Positions 41,394 to 52,849 of a stretch of DNA of 64,000 bases are shown one piece after another. Position numbers and translations under genes: made by a program. Position 1 is the first letter of the stretch. Each line of letters opens with the position of its first letter. Below the pieces are notes generated by a model. That model saw nothing but the letters and a program-made list of their open reading frames with translations. It was not told where the DNA came from and did no database searches. Source of the stretch: Octopus sinensis (lineage: Eukaryota); assembly GCF_006345805.1 (NCBI RefSeq), contig NC_042997.1, forward strand, positions 101,060,001 to 101,124,000. The letters are read 5' to 3'.

Positions 41394-42664
41394 TTGGGTT
41401 GTCCGGAAAGTTCGTGCCGATTTTTAAAGGAAAGAAAAAGGTCAATAAATACTTGCCATTACATTTTTAATCAACCAAATATGAAACATTTTGTTGCACA
41501 ATGCGTCTCCATCTTTCCTTTAACTTGAAAACACCCTCTTCCCAGAATTGAGGTGGTTTCATGGCAAATAATTCATCAAGGTATCTTTTTATGTCATCCA
41601 AGGAATTGAAAATTTCACCATTAAGACTATTCTGCAGAGACCTGAATAAGTGGAAATCCGAAGGAGCAATATCTGGTGAATATGGAGGGTGGGATAACAC
41701 ATCCCAGCCGAGCTGCAGCAATTTTTGTCTGGTGCCCAAAGAAACGTGCGGTCTTGCATTATCATGTTGGAAAACAACACCCTTCCTGTTGGACAATTCT
41801 GGACATTTCTCTTGAACTCGTCCAGTTGTGTGCAGTATTTGTCAGAATTAATATTCTGGTTACTTGGGAGAATCTCATAGTACAGAATTCCTTTCCAATC
41901 CCACCAGACACAAATCAAGACTTTTTTAGGGTAAAGACCCGCTTTTGGGGTGGCTAAAGGTGGCTCATGTCGCTTACTCCAGGATCGCTTTCTCCGAACA
42001 TTTCGGCAGATAATCCATTTCTCATCACCTGTCACAATTTGCTTTAAAAAAGGCGCGTTTTCATTCCGTTTATAAAGCTAATCACAGATGGAAATGCTAT
42101 CCGAAAAGTTCTTCTCACTCAACTCATGTGGTACCCAAACATCGTAGCGATTTGTGTACCCAAGCTTTACCAGGTGCTCATGAACGACGGATTTTGATAG
42201 GTTGAAGCTTTCTGCCAATTCTCGGGTCGTGCAATGTGGGTTATTCTCAACTAATGACTTGATTTGGTCATCATATGTAGTGGATGGCCTGCCTGATCGC
42301 TCTTTATCAATAAGGCTACAATTTCCAGCTCGGAACCTTGCGAACCACTTCCGTACAACTCTTTCGGATAAAGAAACATCACTGTAAACTGCGCATATTT
42401 CTTTGGTTGCTTGTGAGGCATTTTTCCCTTTACGGAAAAAGAAACGCATCAAGTGCCGAAAATGAACTTTCTTATCTTCTATTTTAAAGGGTTACAGAAT
42501 TAACATAGGTTATAGGAACATATACCTTCTTCCACGAAAAGATAGCTGGCACAGTGCTCTAAATGGAGGTGTAGTCAAATCTTATTTTATGTACTCAATC
42601 ATGTTCTAAAATAAGTCTAAAGGTTAGCTACTATAAATCGGCACGAACTTTCCGGACAACCCAA
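41394..42664 (-). mobile_element. Full-length mariner element (1271 bp) with a transposase pseudogene
   Basis: Perfect 30-bp TIR TTGGGTTGTCCGGAAAGTTCGTGCCGATTT at 41394-41423 and 42635-42664; TA TSDs; WVPHEL, TGDEKW, HDNARPH and YSPDIAPSD motifs; start codon reads ATA at 42480-42482; frameshifts. Confidence 0.97.
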
Positions 42665-42961
42665 TACTTCTGTTACTGAGAGAAATTCATTTTCTTTTCT
42701 TAAACTCGTGCTGCGCAACGCTTTTGCAATTTATTCTTCTCAGAATCTTCCCACTAACTTGTTGAGCACAATCAGCGTTAACACAATTATCTTCCTTCAT
42801 TCCAATAACAATACTTCTAAGGCTTGGATTTCCTTTTAATAAAAATCCAGGATTTCTTGGTATTAAAAATTTGGTGATGTTGCTATATCTACAATGACTT
42901 TCTTCAGTTTCTATTTTGATACTTCTTTCTTTGTTCAAATCTGATGTACATTTATAATAGA

Positions 42962-43922
42962 CTAGCAGCATAGCCCGGCGTTGCCCGGGTATGTAAGAGC
43001 CCCTAGTAGGCAACGACTAATCCCAATCTAGTCCTTTCCCTCTAGGGAACGAAGGCGCATGTGTAGGTTGCAATGTCTTCTCTTCACTCGAATACTTCTG
43101 TGTATACGATGTTCCTAGCTGTCCCTTTGGGCGAAAACATGAAAACATCATTGTGCCTCCCAACGCGTGAACAGCCCACGTAGAGTTGACCGTGGTCGAA
43201 GCACTGTTCGCCCAACTGTAACCCAGCGACTTGTAGCGTTTGGCCTTGGGATTTATTGATGGACATTGTGAAGCAGAGTTTAACAGGAAACTGAGAACGC
43301 CTGAAGTGGATTGGTAGGTCAGCGCCCGACGGTTGAAGGTGCATGCGTGGAATGAAGACGTCCTCTCCCTTCCCACAACCGGTAAGTATTGTGGCCGTTA
43401 TTAAATGTGGTGGCAAATGTTTCACAACCAGACGTGTGCCGTTGCACTGTTTAGGTGGAACCAAATTCCTGATGAGCATAATGGGTGCACCGACTTTTAA
43501 CTTCAGGATGTGTGGCGGCAGGCCTGGCGGTTCAAGTGAATTCAGGAATTCAACAGGATAATCGGCAAGCTCGGCGGGGTCTGCTGTCCTATCAATAGAT
43601 TTGTAGACGTGGACATCACAAGGAATAGCTTCAAGTAGCTGGATATTGATGGAGTTGAGAGTTAAAAAGGTCGAGTTGCGTCCCCTAGACAGTCTGTGGT
43701 TTGTGTTTCTGATTCTCGATCCCATGTCGAATTTATCAATTTTTTTTCAGAACTGGGAGAACTTTTCAAAATTTTCGCTGCGTTAGTTTTGAATTATGAC
43801 ATTGGGCTATGTGTGTGTCAAGTTTCATCAGAATCGGTTGAAAGCCGTGGTCAGGGTGAGGGTACAACCTGACAGACACACAGACACACAGACAGACAAA
43901 CTGCCGTTTATATATAGAGAGA
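42962..43922 (-). mobile_element. 961-bp mini-Helitron with intact termini
   Basis: Minus strand: A|TCTCTCTATATAT 5' end; CCCGGGCAACGCCGGG hairpin (42974-42989) followed by CTAG|T; no TSD. Confidence 0.95.
43084..43725 (-). CDS. 213-aa ORF: C-terminal portion of a Helitron PIF1-family helicase (expression unknown)
   Basis: PVEFLNSL..PGLPPHILKLKVGAPIMLIRNL..CNGTRL..QFPVKLCFTMSINKSQGQTL..HGQLYVGCSRV; uninterrupted, but no Walker A motif or Rep domain. Confidence 0.7.
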   Translation of the reverse strand: MGSRIRNTNHRLSRGRNSTFLTLNSINIQLLEAIPCDVHVYKSIDRTADPAELADYPVEFLNSLEPPGLPPHILKLKVGAPIMLIRNLVPPKQCNGTRLVVKHLPPHLITATILTGCGKGEDVFIPRMHLQPSGADLPIHFRRSQFPVKLCFTMSINKSQGQTLQVAGLQLGEQCFDHGQLYVGCSRVGRHNDVFMFSPKGTARNIVYTEVFE

Positions 43923-45399
43923 TGTAATATTTGTCAGTTCGTATATGACATAATTTATTTGTGCTCAGACTGTAAACAATACGAGCCAGACAAGAGTTCC
44001 ATTTATCCCTCTTTCTCTTGTCAGCCCACCTGTTGTCTTTATACTCCTCATCAATACTTGCTCTATGACTAAATCTCAAATAAGTGCCTCCTTTTCTGAT
44101 GATATAAAATCCTTGCTGAAAATGTTGGCACATCTCTGAATGTGACATGTACAGCCTTTGCATTTTCTGGAAATACATATCGAATGATCTGATGTAATTA
44201 TTGTGCTGGGATACAGCAAGATATGGCATCATTTTGTGGATTATATTTAGATGTAAGTTCTAATTATCAGTTCTCTCTAATTTGATGATGGTTAGCAATT
44301 TCTTCAACAAATCTAAGTACTAAATCCTAAACTGTTCTTCATGTCTTCTTTTTCTTCTTGGACGAGCTTTTAGGATATGACTTGTAGAATGTCAGAGCTT
44401 TGCAGATGGGTTCAATGAGCATTCCAGTGCCACTGTTTTGATCCACAATTGCTGGTCACATGTCGCAATTGGTGTAGCTCTGTGTTCTCTGCTATGTAAA
44501 CTAATGTATCACAGCGTGTAGCAAATACAAGACATTTCGTCAGAATTTAGGCGAATGATAGCCATGGAACAAAATATACGATTCTTTTAGATAGTCATTT
44601 TGTGAATTAACTGCATCATTCTTGACCAAGAAGGATATGTGCATTTTAGTGATTGACATGCTCTGTACAGAATCTCTACGTTACTACTTGGGTCCATTAT
44701 TCCATAATAAACTTCGAGTTGCTGTTATGGCGGCTTCTTCATCCCTCGTCTTTGCAAAACAAAATAATGCTCGATGTTGACCTTTCCCACTGCAGCTATA
44801 TATCATCAGACGTGATTGACATTCAAGGAATCAGTTGCCTGTGTGATGTAACTAGTATAACTGTTGCGATCATACCCCATCCATGGAATGTGGTATAACC
44901 ATCAAAGAGGGCAGGTGTCGTGGTCAACATTGTTAGTAACACATTGCACGAGTGATTTTACAGTCAGATTTGAAATTCTAGTTCCTTGACTGCAGCACAC
45001 TACTGAAGTTTATTCACTTCAGAACAACTGTAGTAGAATTCAAAGTTACTCAATGTACCAACCAAGAATCTAGGTACAACATAATTGTGGAATTTCGGTT
45101 CAGTTGTCTTTATCAAACTGTCTGATGACAGTAACATTGTCTTACATATAAAATTATATATAAAATCAAACACACATGCACACCCACACATACAGACACA
45201 GAAACAGATACCCAAACACACATACACACATACACACACACACGCACATACATACATATTCATATACATACATGTAAATATACGTATTTATGGATGTTCT
45301 GTTTTTAATTGAGTGTTCTTGTACTGACGGAGTTAGTTTCTAACAAAGATACTAAACTCTATTGTTGGAATGTGATAATAAGAATGATATCATATTTTA

Positions 45400-46430
45400 A
45401 ACTTGAGAAAAGCTTTGCATATTTTTACTGTTCCACTTACAGCTTGTATTTGTAACGTGCGCGTTATCTGGTTGATTTCTTTTTCTGGAAACCAAAATTT
45501 CCCCAGATTGTCACACACAAACAAAAACCAAATGCTCTAATGTGAATTCTTAATCTGGGTATAGAAACTGAAGGTTTTGAAATTTATACCCATAGTTATT
45601 CTATTTCTCTCAGATTTTCGAAGAGATATTCGCTTCAATTGGGCAGCTGACCCCTATGACAGTCCATAATTCTTCTTCGGCCTATCATATTTGCACTTGA
45701 TAAAATTTTTGATGGGAATGTTTCACCAATATTTCTTATTTATAATTATGTATGTATTCAATTACAGTGGTATTCCCCATATTTACCTTAGGACAATGTT
45801 TTTTTTCGACGGCTTTGTATATTGTTTATGCTGAGCGTTTCATATTCAGGTCTTTGAGATACGCTAATCCAGGTGTTGGAGCTTTATGAGATATCGTCAG
45901 GAAGAAAATGCTCACTGCCCACGCGTAGAGTATTGTTCTCTTTGCTTTTCAGCACTAGGTTTATATTATCAATCTTTTTTGCTATCTTAGAGATACTATA
46001 CGACATTCGAAGTCTTTCTGCACTGATCTCAAGCTTCTACCTCCTTTATCAATATCTCTGTTTCTGTGGAAGTTTCCAATAGATGTCAGAATCTCGCGGG
46101 TTTTAATGTCTAAGTGGATTTCCTGCAGATCAGTCAAGCTTCACAAAAAATTTTATCAGCACTAGTACTGCGAATACATTGCGAGGTGTTGTAAGAGGAG
46201 AGTTCCGACAGCTACATTTTTCTGAGTCTTGTGAAATATTATCGGGTCACTTTATCTTTATTCGCAACACCTTCAAAAGATTTTTTTAATCAATACCCGA
46301 GTATTTGTGGCTATTTTTGTGTAGAACAGGAGACACAGAATGTTCAGGTTTTGGGTTTCGAGGATCGATTTTCAACATTCAATAATCAGATACGAACATT
46401 CCTTTTGGCCAAATCCAAATTCCGTTCCTA
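45400..46430 (-). mobile_element. Third R4-type retrotransposon remnant (internally deleted 3' half)
   Basis: LDIKTREILTSIGNFH..DIDK..GGRSLRSV, KCKYDRP, VIGVSCPIEAN and LQIQAVSGTVKICKAFLKF. Confidence 0.75.
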
Positions 46431-46435
46431 TATCA

Positions 46436-46990
46436 GTTGTGTATGTATGTATGTATGTATGTATGTATGTATGTATGTATGTATGTATGTATGTGGGCTG
46501 GCAGAAACGTTAGCACGCCGGGCGAAATGCATAGCGGTATTTCGTCTGCGTTACGTTGTGAGTTCAAATTCCGCCGAGGTCGACTTTGCCTTTCATCCTT
46601 TCGGGGTCGATAAATTAAGTACCAGTTACGCACTGGAGTCGATGTAATCGACTTAATACCTATGTCTGTCCTTGTTTGTCCCCTCTGTGTTTAGCCCCTT
46701 GTGGGTAATAAAAAATAGGTATGTATGTATGTATGTATGTATGTATGTATGTATGCATGCATGCATGCATGCATGCATGTATGTATGTATGTATGTATGT
46801 ATGTATGTATGTATGTATGTATGTATGTATGTATGCATGCATGCATGTATGTATGTATGTATGCATGTATGCAAGTACACGCACACAAGCACACACATGT
46901 ATCCACACGTGTGTGCGTGTGTGTGTGTGTGAGTGTATGCATGTGCCGATATATGTTTGTATGTGTGCGTGTGTGCATATCCTTGTGGCT
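46436..46990 (+). repeat. (GTAT)n microsatellite interrupted by a full SINE at about 46493-46717
   Basis: GTAT repeats on both sides of GGGCTGGCAGAAACGTTAGC...GTGGGTAATAAAAAATAG. Confidence 0.92.
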
Positions 46991-48136
46991 ATCGTATTTA
47001 TATTTGAGAAAAACTAATAGACAAAAATAAAATTGAAAATTCTGCTCTGAAATGCAGTGATTCGCCCTTGTAACTTTCTGACATCGGAAATATAGTGAAT
47101 TAATGATTGGCCCACTGGAAACCTGTAACTATAAAGCGCTATTATTCGCCATTTGTGGTATAATATAAAATAAATAATTAAATACCGGGACGGATTTAAT
47201 CGACTGGATCTCCGCCTACAAGAGTTAAAGTCTTGCGTTAAAGTTAGAAATCAATAAAAGCTAACATTATTATTGTGTTGGCGATGTTATCACTGTTAGT
47301 AAACTAGTGGGTGGTTAATCAATGAATATTCAGTTAAACTAGAATTAAGATACATTTGTTTTTTGATGTTTTTTATCTTTTTTGTTTCTTGCATTCCTTA
47401 TTAAGTAAAAGAATTTGATAGGTTTGTAGACTTTAACAAACTCCTGGTATCAATTGACCATTCATAGACTTTAGCTTTCATTATATTTAATATCTTTTAC
47501 TATCTTAAACTGACATTTACTACAAAGCACAATGTAAATAGCAATGGTATTTTCACACAGACTAAAACTATACACAAGTCATTCAATAATGCTTAGGGGG
47601 CCATTTTCAATTAACCTATATAAAGTTAGTAAATCTACCGAGAATTTTACTTTAAATGATACGTCTTATTACCATTAACAAATTAAATAGTATTTAGCTT
47701 ATTTCACCATTTGTAGACTCTGTAAACTCAGAATAGATTAATACGTTAAGAAATAATGCAATTATTAAAACATTAGTCAACAACTAATACTATTCATATG
47801 GTGACAAATGTTTGATCAAGATTGCGAGTAGTCCAGACTAATCAATTACTGTTCCTGATTAATCTGATCAGTTTATAAATAGAATGGTTTTAGAATTCTC
47901 GCAACGAATTAAAACATACATATACGCTTCCACTTAAACAGTGATATACACTGTTATTGAATGTTCGTAAGTATACACAGCGACATACACGCTATGTCAC
48001 ACACACACACACACACACACGCACACACACACGAGAATAATTTTATAACTTCGTTTAACCGAAAAGTAATTTCGTTAAACCGAAGAATAAAAGTAGGACT
48101 GCAGCTTGAAGTGCTTCGACCAATTAGAGCGTTTCA

Positions 48137-48137
<1 letters not shown>

Positions 48138-48188
<51 letters not shown>

Positions 48189-48191
48189 GAG

Positions 48192-48248
<57 letters not shown>
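48138..48248. repeat. (TA)n plus (TCTA)n microsatellites
   Basis: Direct reading. Confidence 0.95.
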
Positions 48249-49054
48249 GCCTAGCTATCATTTAAAACTACAACAATGCGAGGAAGAGCATTGTGACAAG
48301 CGGTGTATAACAACATCTGTTACTCTGGTCGATCAAAAGTGGACAAAGACAAATGGCTCTGAATGGCTTGGATGGCTTGGATAACAAAGATAACAAATGA
48401 AGGTACACTAAATACCACTGACGATAAAGCTTTGATTCATTGAAATAAATGTCGCTTAAAGGCAAACATGTGTTTAGAGGAAATTGCGACCGATTCTGAA
48501 TGAGAAAGGGAGATAACGTTAAGCAATCAGCATTTCTCCAGAATTAATATGCCATTGAAGAAAATGCAATCTGTTTTTGCTGTTGGGACACACCCACACA
48601 CACTCCCTCACCCCCACACAAACACACACACACACTTACGTATATCCAAAGAACAGAAATGAGTTTATATACGCAGCGTATTCATGAATAATGTGTATAT
48701 TTGCGATTTACTGACTAAATAAATATCCCATGGCAAAATCTTGTATGGCGTCCTACTCATTGAACCGTATGTAATTTACATAGCATATTACTCTACTTCC
48801 GTTTAGCAGATTTGTGCATAGTTTTGATAATATTTTTACACAAAGACCAGAGGTTATGAAACTTTAAGTAAACAACTACCTTTACACCACCTCCACAGAA
48901 AAAAAAATTCTCTTTAATATAGTGAAACAAAAACGACAATCAATTTAGTGGAAAATTCAGAACTAAGCTACACCATTCAATGCTGTTAAACTTTAATGTT
49001 GCTAGGCTGAAATATCTTTTCCAGATTCTGTCTCTTAAGCACGAAAATAATTAT

Positions 49055-49262
49055 GATGGTTTCAAATTTTGGCATAGCGCCAGCAGATTTTGTGAGAAGG
49101 GTAAGTCGATTATACTGATTCTATCTACTCAACTGTTCTTTATTTTATCGCCCCCGAAATGATAAATGACAAGGTCGAGTCCCGTGGAGCTTGAACTCAG
49201 AACATAGAGTCGCACGAAATGACGGAAAGCATTTTGCACGGCGTACTAAAGATTCTGTCAGT
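49055..49262 (-). mobile_element. Diverged SINE of the Nin/Ceph-like family
   Basis: TTGAACTCAGAAC and TTATTTTATCGCCCCCGAAATGATAAATGACAAGGTCGA motifs. Confidence 0.8.
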
Positions 49263-49322
49263 TTGCTGTCTTGTTAAACTTTCATATTATCACGCTGAAA
49301 TATCTCTTCAGATTCTGTCTCT

Positions 49323-49369
<47 letters not shown>

Positions 49370-49375
49370 GTGATG

Positions 49376-49407
<32 letters not shown>

Positions 49408-49481
49408 AATAATAATAATAATAGTAACAATAATAATAATAACAATAATAATAATAACAATAATAACAATAATAATAATAA
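49323..49481. repeat. Compound (TAC)n(GAT)n(AAT)n trinucleotide tract
   Basis: Direct reading. Confidence 0.97.
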
Positions 49482-49856
49482 CAAGAGCACACAGAGAGCG
49501 CAGACCTCCGCCAAGGCAACACCAACGTTCTTTCAACGATTAGCCGAGATGATTTTTAAAATGAGAATATCTGAAATAAACTCGACTGCTCTTACAAACT
49601 AGAATACTAAAACTGAACCCGACCGCTCTCAAAAATGAAGTAAAAAAAAAACAGGAAAAATAATCCAGAATCCTTGTCTGGTACCGGATCGATCCTCAGA
49701 TCTAATCAATTCGTGTCAGTCACGAGGCCAAACATCCCTGAAAGTTTTACTTGAATCCATCCAGCGGTTCTTGACATATCTTGTCCACGGACAAACAAAC
49801 AAACAAATAAACCCGATTGAAAACAATACCTCCGCCTTAGCGAAGGCGGAGGTAAT
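49482..49856 (-). mobile_element. DINE-1/HINE-like non-autonomous rolling-circle element
   Basis: Palindrome TACCTCCGCCTT-AGCG-AAGGCGGAGGTA (49827-49854); (AAAC)n tract; the same ACCTCCGCC motif at about 49504; short terminal hairpin GCACACAGAGAGCGC. Confidence 0.7.
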
Positions 49857-50403
49857 GATGCAGTACCAGGCAGTGGCTCTTGTGGCTTCTGATCTTAACT
49901 GATTGGAAGTGTTATCACATACATTGTTTTGTCTTAGTATAAAAGATGGGCTACAGCAAATATTCTGCTCAATACCAGATTTGCTTGTCAGTTGTTTGAC
50001 CGTAACCAGTTGAGCATGTTCTTTAGTGGCTGACGATATGTGCATCTCTGATCACGAGTAGAAGTATTGGGGGAGCATCATAGCCGTGTGTTGAGAGGGA
50101 TTCTTTGGAGTTTGAATAATTCACCTCTGGAAACATGGGCGTTTCGTTCAATATCCTTAAACAACCATTATTCAGAGACCTTTTGAGCTGGATGGGTTAT
50201 TCGACCAGAAGAAAATTCTAACTGGGCCCCAACTGCAAAGTCATGTGCTGTTTATCTTGATATGAGATCACCATGTCGCGCACATATGGTTGTGATGCAT
50301 GTGCTTAGTGTACCCTTATCAGACAGGTAGTCATGGTGGGTATGCTGGGCTTCGTGTATTTTACCCCAGTGTCACTTTGATGGCATGCACTGCTCTCTAA
50401 CTC

Positions 50404-50404
<1 letters not shown>
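49857..50404 (+). mobile_element. ~550-bp (AAT)n-tailed element, first tandem copy
   Basis: Closely similar to 50454-51010; ends CTCA followed by (AAT)n. Confidence 0.92.
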
Positions 50405-50453
<49 letters not shown>

Positions 50454-50455
<2 letters not shown>

Positions 50456-51010
50456 GCCCTGATGCAGTACCAGGCAGTGGCTCTCATGGCTTCTGATCTT
50501 AACTGATTGGAAGTGTTATCATGTACATTGTTTTGTCTTGGTATAAAAGATGGGCTACAGCAAATATTCTGCTCAATACCACAGATTTGCTTGTCAGTTG
50601 TTTGACCTTAACCAGTTGAGCATGTCCCTTAGTGGCTGACGATATGTGCATCTCTGATCACGAGCAGAAGTAGTGGGGGAGCATCATAGCCATGTGTTGA
50701 GAGGGATTCTTTGGGGTTTGAATAGTTCACCTCTGGAAACATGGGTGGTTCTTTCAACATCCTTAAGCAACCCTTATTCAGGGACCGTTTGAGCGGGATG
50801 GGCTACTCAACCTGAAGAAAATTCTAACTGGGCCCCACCTGCAAGGTCATGTGCTGTTTATCTTGATATGAGATCACCATGTCGCGCACATATGGTTGTG
50901 ATGCATGTGCCTGGTGTACCTTTATCAGACGGGTAGTCATGATGGGTATATTGGGCTTCGTATATTTTACCCCAGTGTCACTTTGATGGCATGAACTGCT
51001 CTCTCACTCA
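50454..51010 (+). mobile_element. 557-bp (AAT)n-tailed element, second tandem copy
   Basis: ATGCCCTGATGCAGTACCAGG...CTCTCTCACTCA with (AAT)n on both sides. Confidence 0.92.
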
Positions 51011-52279
51011 ATAATAATAATAATAATAATTATAATAATCATAGTAATAATGGTTTCAAATTTTGGCATAGGGCCAGCAGATTTTGAGGAAAGGGGAAGT
51101 CGATTAGGACAGAATTAGGACAAAAGTGAATTATCAGTTGTACTGAGAGGAGAGATGTCATAGTACTAAAAATAGAAAAAAAAACAAAACTATTGAACAC
51201 CCATCTCAAGAAATGCTACGGAATAGTTACTCTTAATCTCCTACGTGCTACCCTGGCTCCTCGAAAACAATCCTGTACAGGATATTAATGTTATCTGCTT
51301 CCAACAGTTATCAGTCTATGTTATTTTTCTCAAGGCTCTTCGACCTACTGATGTCTCTTTTCACGATCTACAACCGAAATTGGGCGAACTAATTATGATC
51401 CTATAAAATTCGAACGTAGAAAAATTCGGTAAAGGTACAAAATTTGTTGTCAAAATTCTAATGTCTTTTTCACCGAAGTCACCTTTATGTCCGGTTTCGC
51501 CCCAACCCAATTGTTCCCATTTCACACGTTCTTCTCATCCCCATACTCCATTAGTTTCCAGTAACACTACCTTTTTCTGTGTCGGAGACAGTCCCTCGGG
51601 TTTTATAACTGCATTGAAATCAATTCACGTTTCTCTTATTATCAGCCTTATATTTTATGTATATATGTTGGACCATGTAAAAATCTTTTCCTTAGAGCGT
51701 CAAAATTGCAGAACAGGAAATGTTGCCTGCAGTAGAGCTCTTGCTGAATAAAACACACTTTTGTTAGAACTGCTATTTAACATGTTGCATAATAATAGTA
51801 TTGCAAGAAAATATATAAAGTAAAACATGAAGATAGTATTTTCTTAAGCCATAAAAGTAAAATTATCAATAAACAGTCTTAAAAGCTTTACGCATCATAG
51901 GAATGTAAAAAAAAAATAATCAGCTTTAGACATGTATCTGCATAGATAGAAAAATCGCAGATATAATTATATACAAAAGCTACATGAAATCGTGTAAGTT
52001 GTCAGGTATGTTGGAAAGAATTGTTGGCACTCAAGTAACACCGGGTACCTATTGCAGTTTATTATAAATTTGTAATGAAAGCCAAGGTCGTAGTATTTGT
52101 TTATGCGGACGCATATTTGTGTGTATATGCGTACAAAAGAGATAGAATGAATAAACTGGCTTCATGGAGATTACCAGAAAAGGCTTAGGAAAATGAATAA
52201 TGTTTATAAGCATTACAAATGTAATCAAACGTCTGTAATTTAAAAGATAAACAGCATTTTTTCAGACTCCTTTATGTGC

Positions 52280-52450
52280 TGCAACAGTTGCATGATCAAG
52301 AAGTACGCTTCTTAACTTTACTGTAACTATCGTACCCAAAGGTTCGATCCCAGCATACGGCATCTTTGGTAAGTGTCTTCTATCATAGCTTTTGTTCGAC
52401 CAAAACTAGCTGAGTGTAATTTAGTAGGCAGAAGTTGCCCGGAAGCTCGT
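52280..52450 (+). mobile_element. Degenerate CORE-like SINE
   Basis: GGTTCGATCCC B box; TTTGGTAAGTGTCTTCTATCATAGC core. Confidence 0.6.
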
Positions 52451-52849
52451 TGAAGGCCTCCGTTCCTGTTCTTGGGTGGCAGAATTCATCAGTTGGGAAC
52501 TAGAGGTAGACGAAGGTTTGAGAGGCTGAGGTTGCAAAGGTATCACTCAACTTTATGACTGGAAAAGCAGGGAACGCCACCCCTTTGTATACCCCCCCCC
52601 ATTTCCATCACTGATGTGAACCCAATATCGTAAAACTTTGCTTGAGTTAACGAACTTTTGACAGAATTAAGACTAAAGTGAGTCACCCACCAGTTGTACT
52701 GAAAGGTAGGATATCTGAATACAAAAAAACAAAACAAAAAACAAAACAAAAAAACACGCATACACACACACACACATATAAAATATGGAGTACTCATCTC
52801 AAGAAATGCTACAAAACGTTCACCCAATAACTCCCAGATTTATAGAAAC

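Larger units (their letters stand above)
42680..44950 (-). mobile_element. Decayed DNA transposon (tentatively Academ-like) interrupted by a Helitron
   Basis: CDQQLWIK, ERTDN*NLHL, MMPYLAVSQHNNY, DLVIEQVLMRSIKTTGGLTR at 43930-44950, continuing as NPSLRSIVIG..VNADCAQQVSGKIL at 42687-42960; superfamily assignment from memory only. Confidence 0.65.

Noticed and set aside
41467-42452. Domesticated SETMAR-like gene
   Set aside because: Frameshifted, bounded by TIRs, no SET domain
43084-43725. Host PIF1 gene
   Set aside because: Intronless partial domain enclosed by Helitron termini
50454-50480. Resemblance of GATGCAGTACCAGG to U2 snRNA stem-loop IV
   Set aside because: The match is about 10 nt and gapped, compatible with chance
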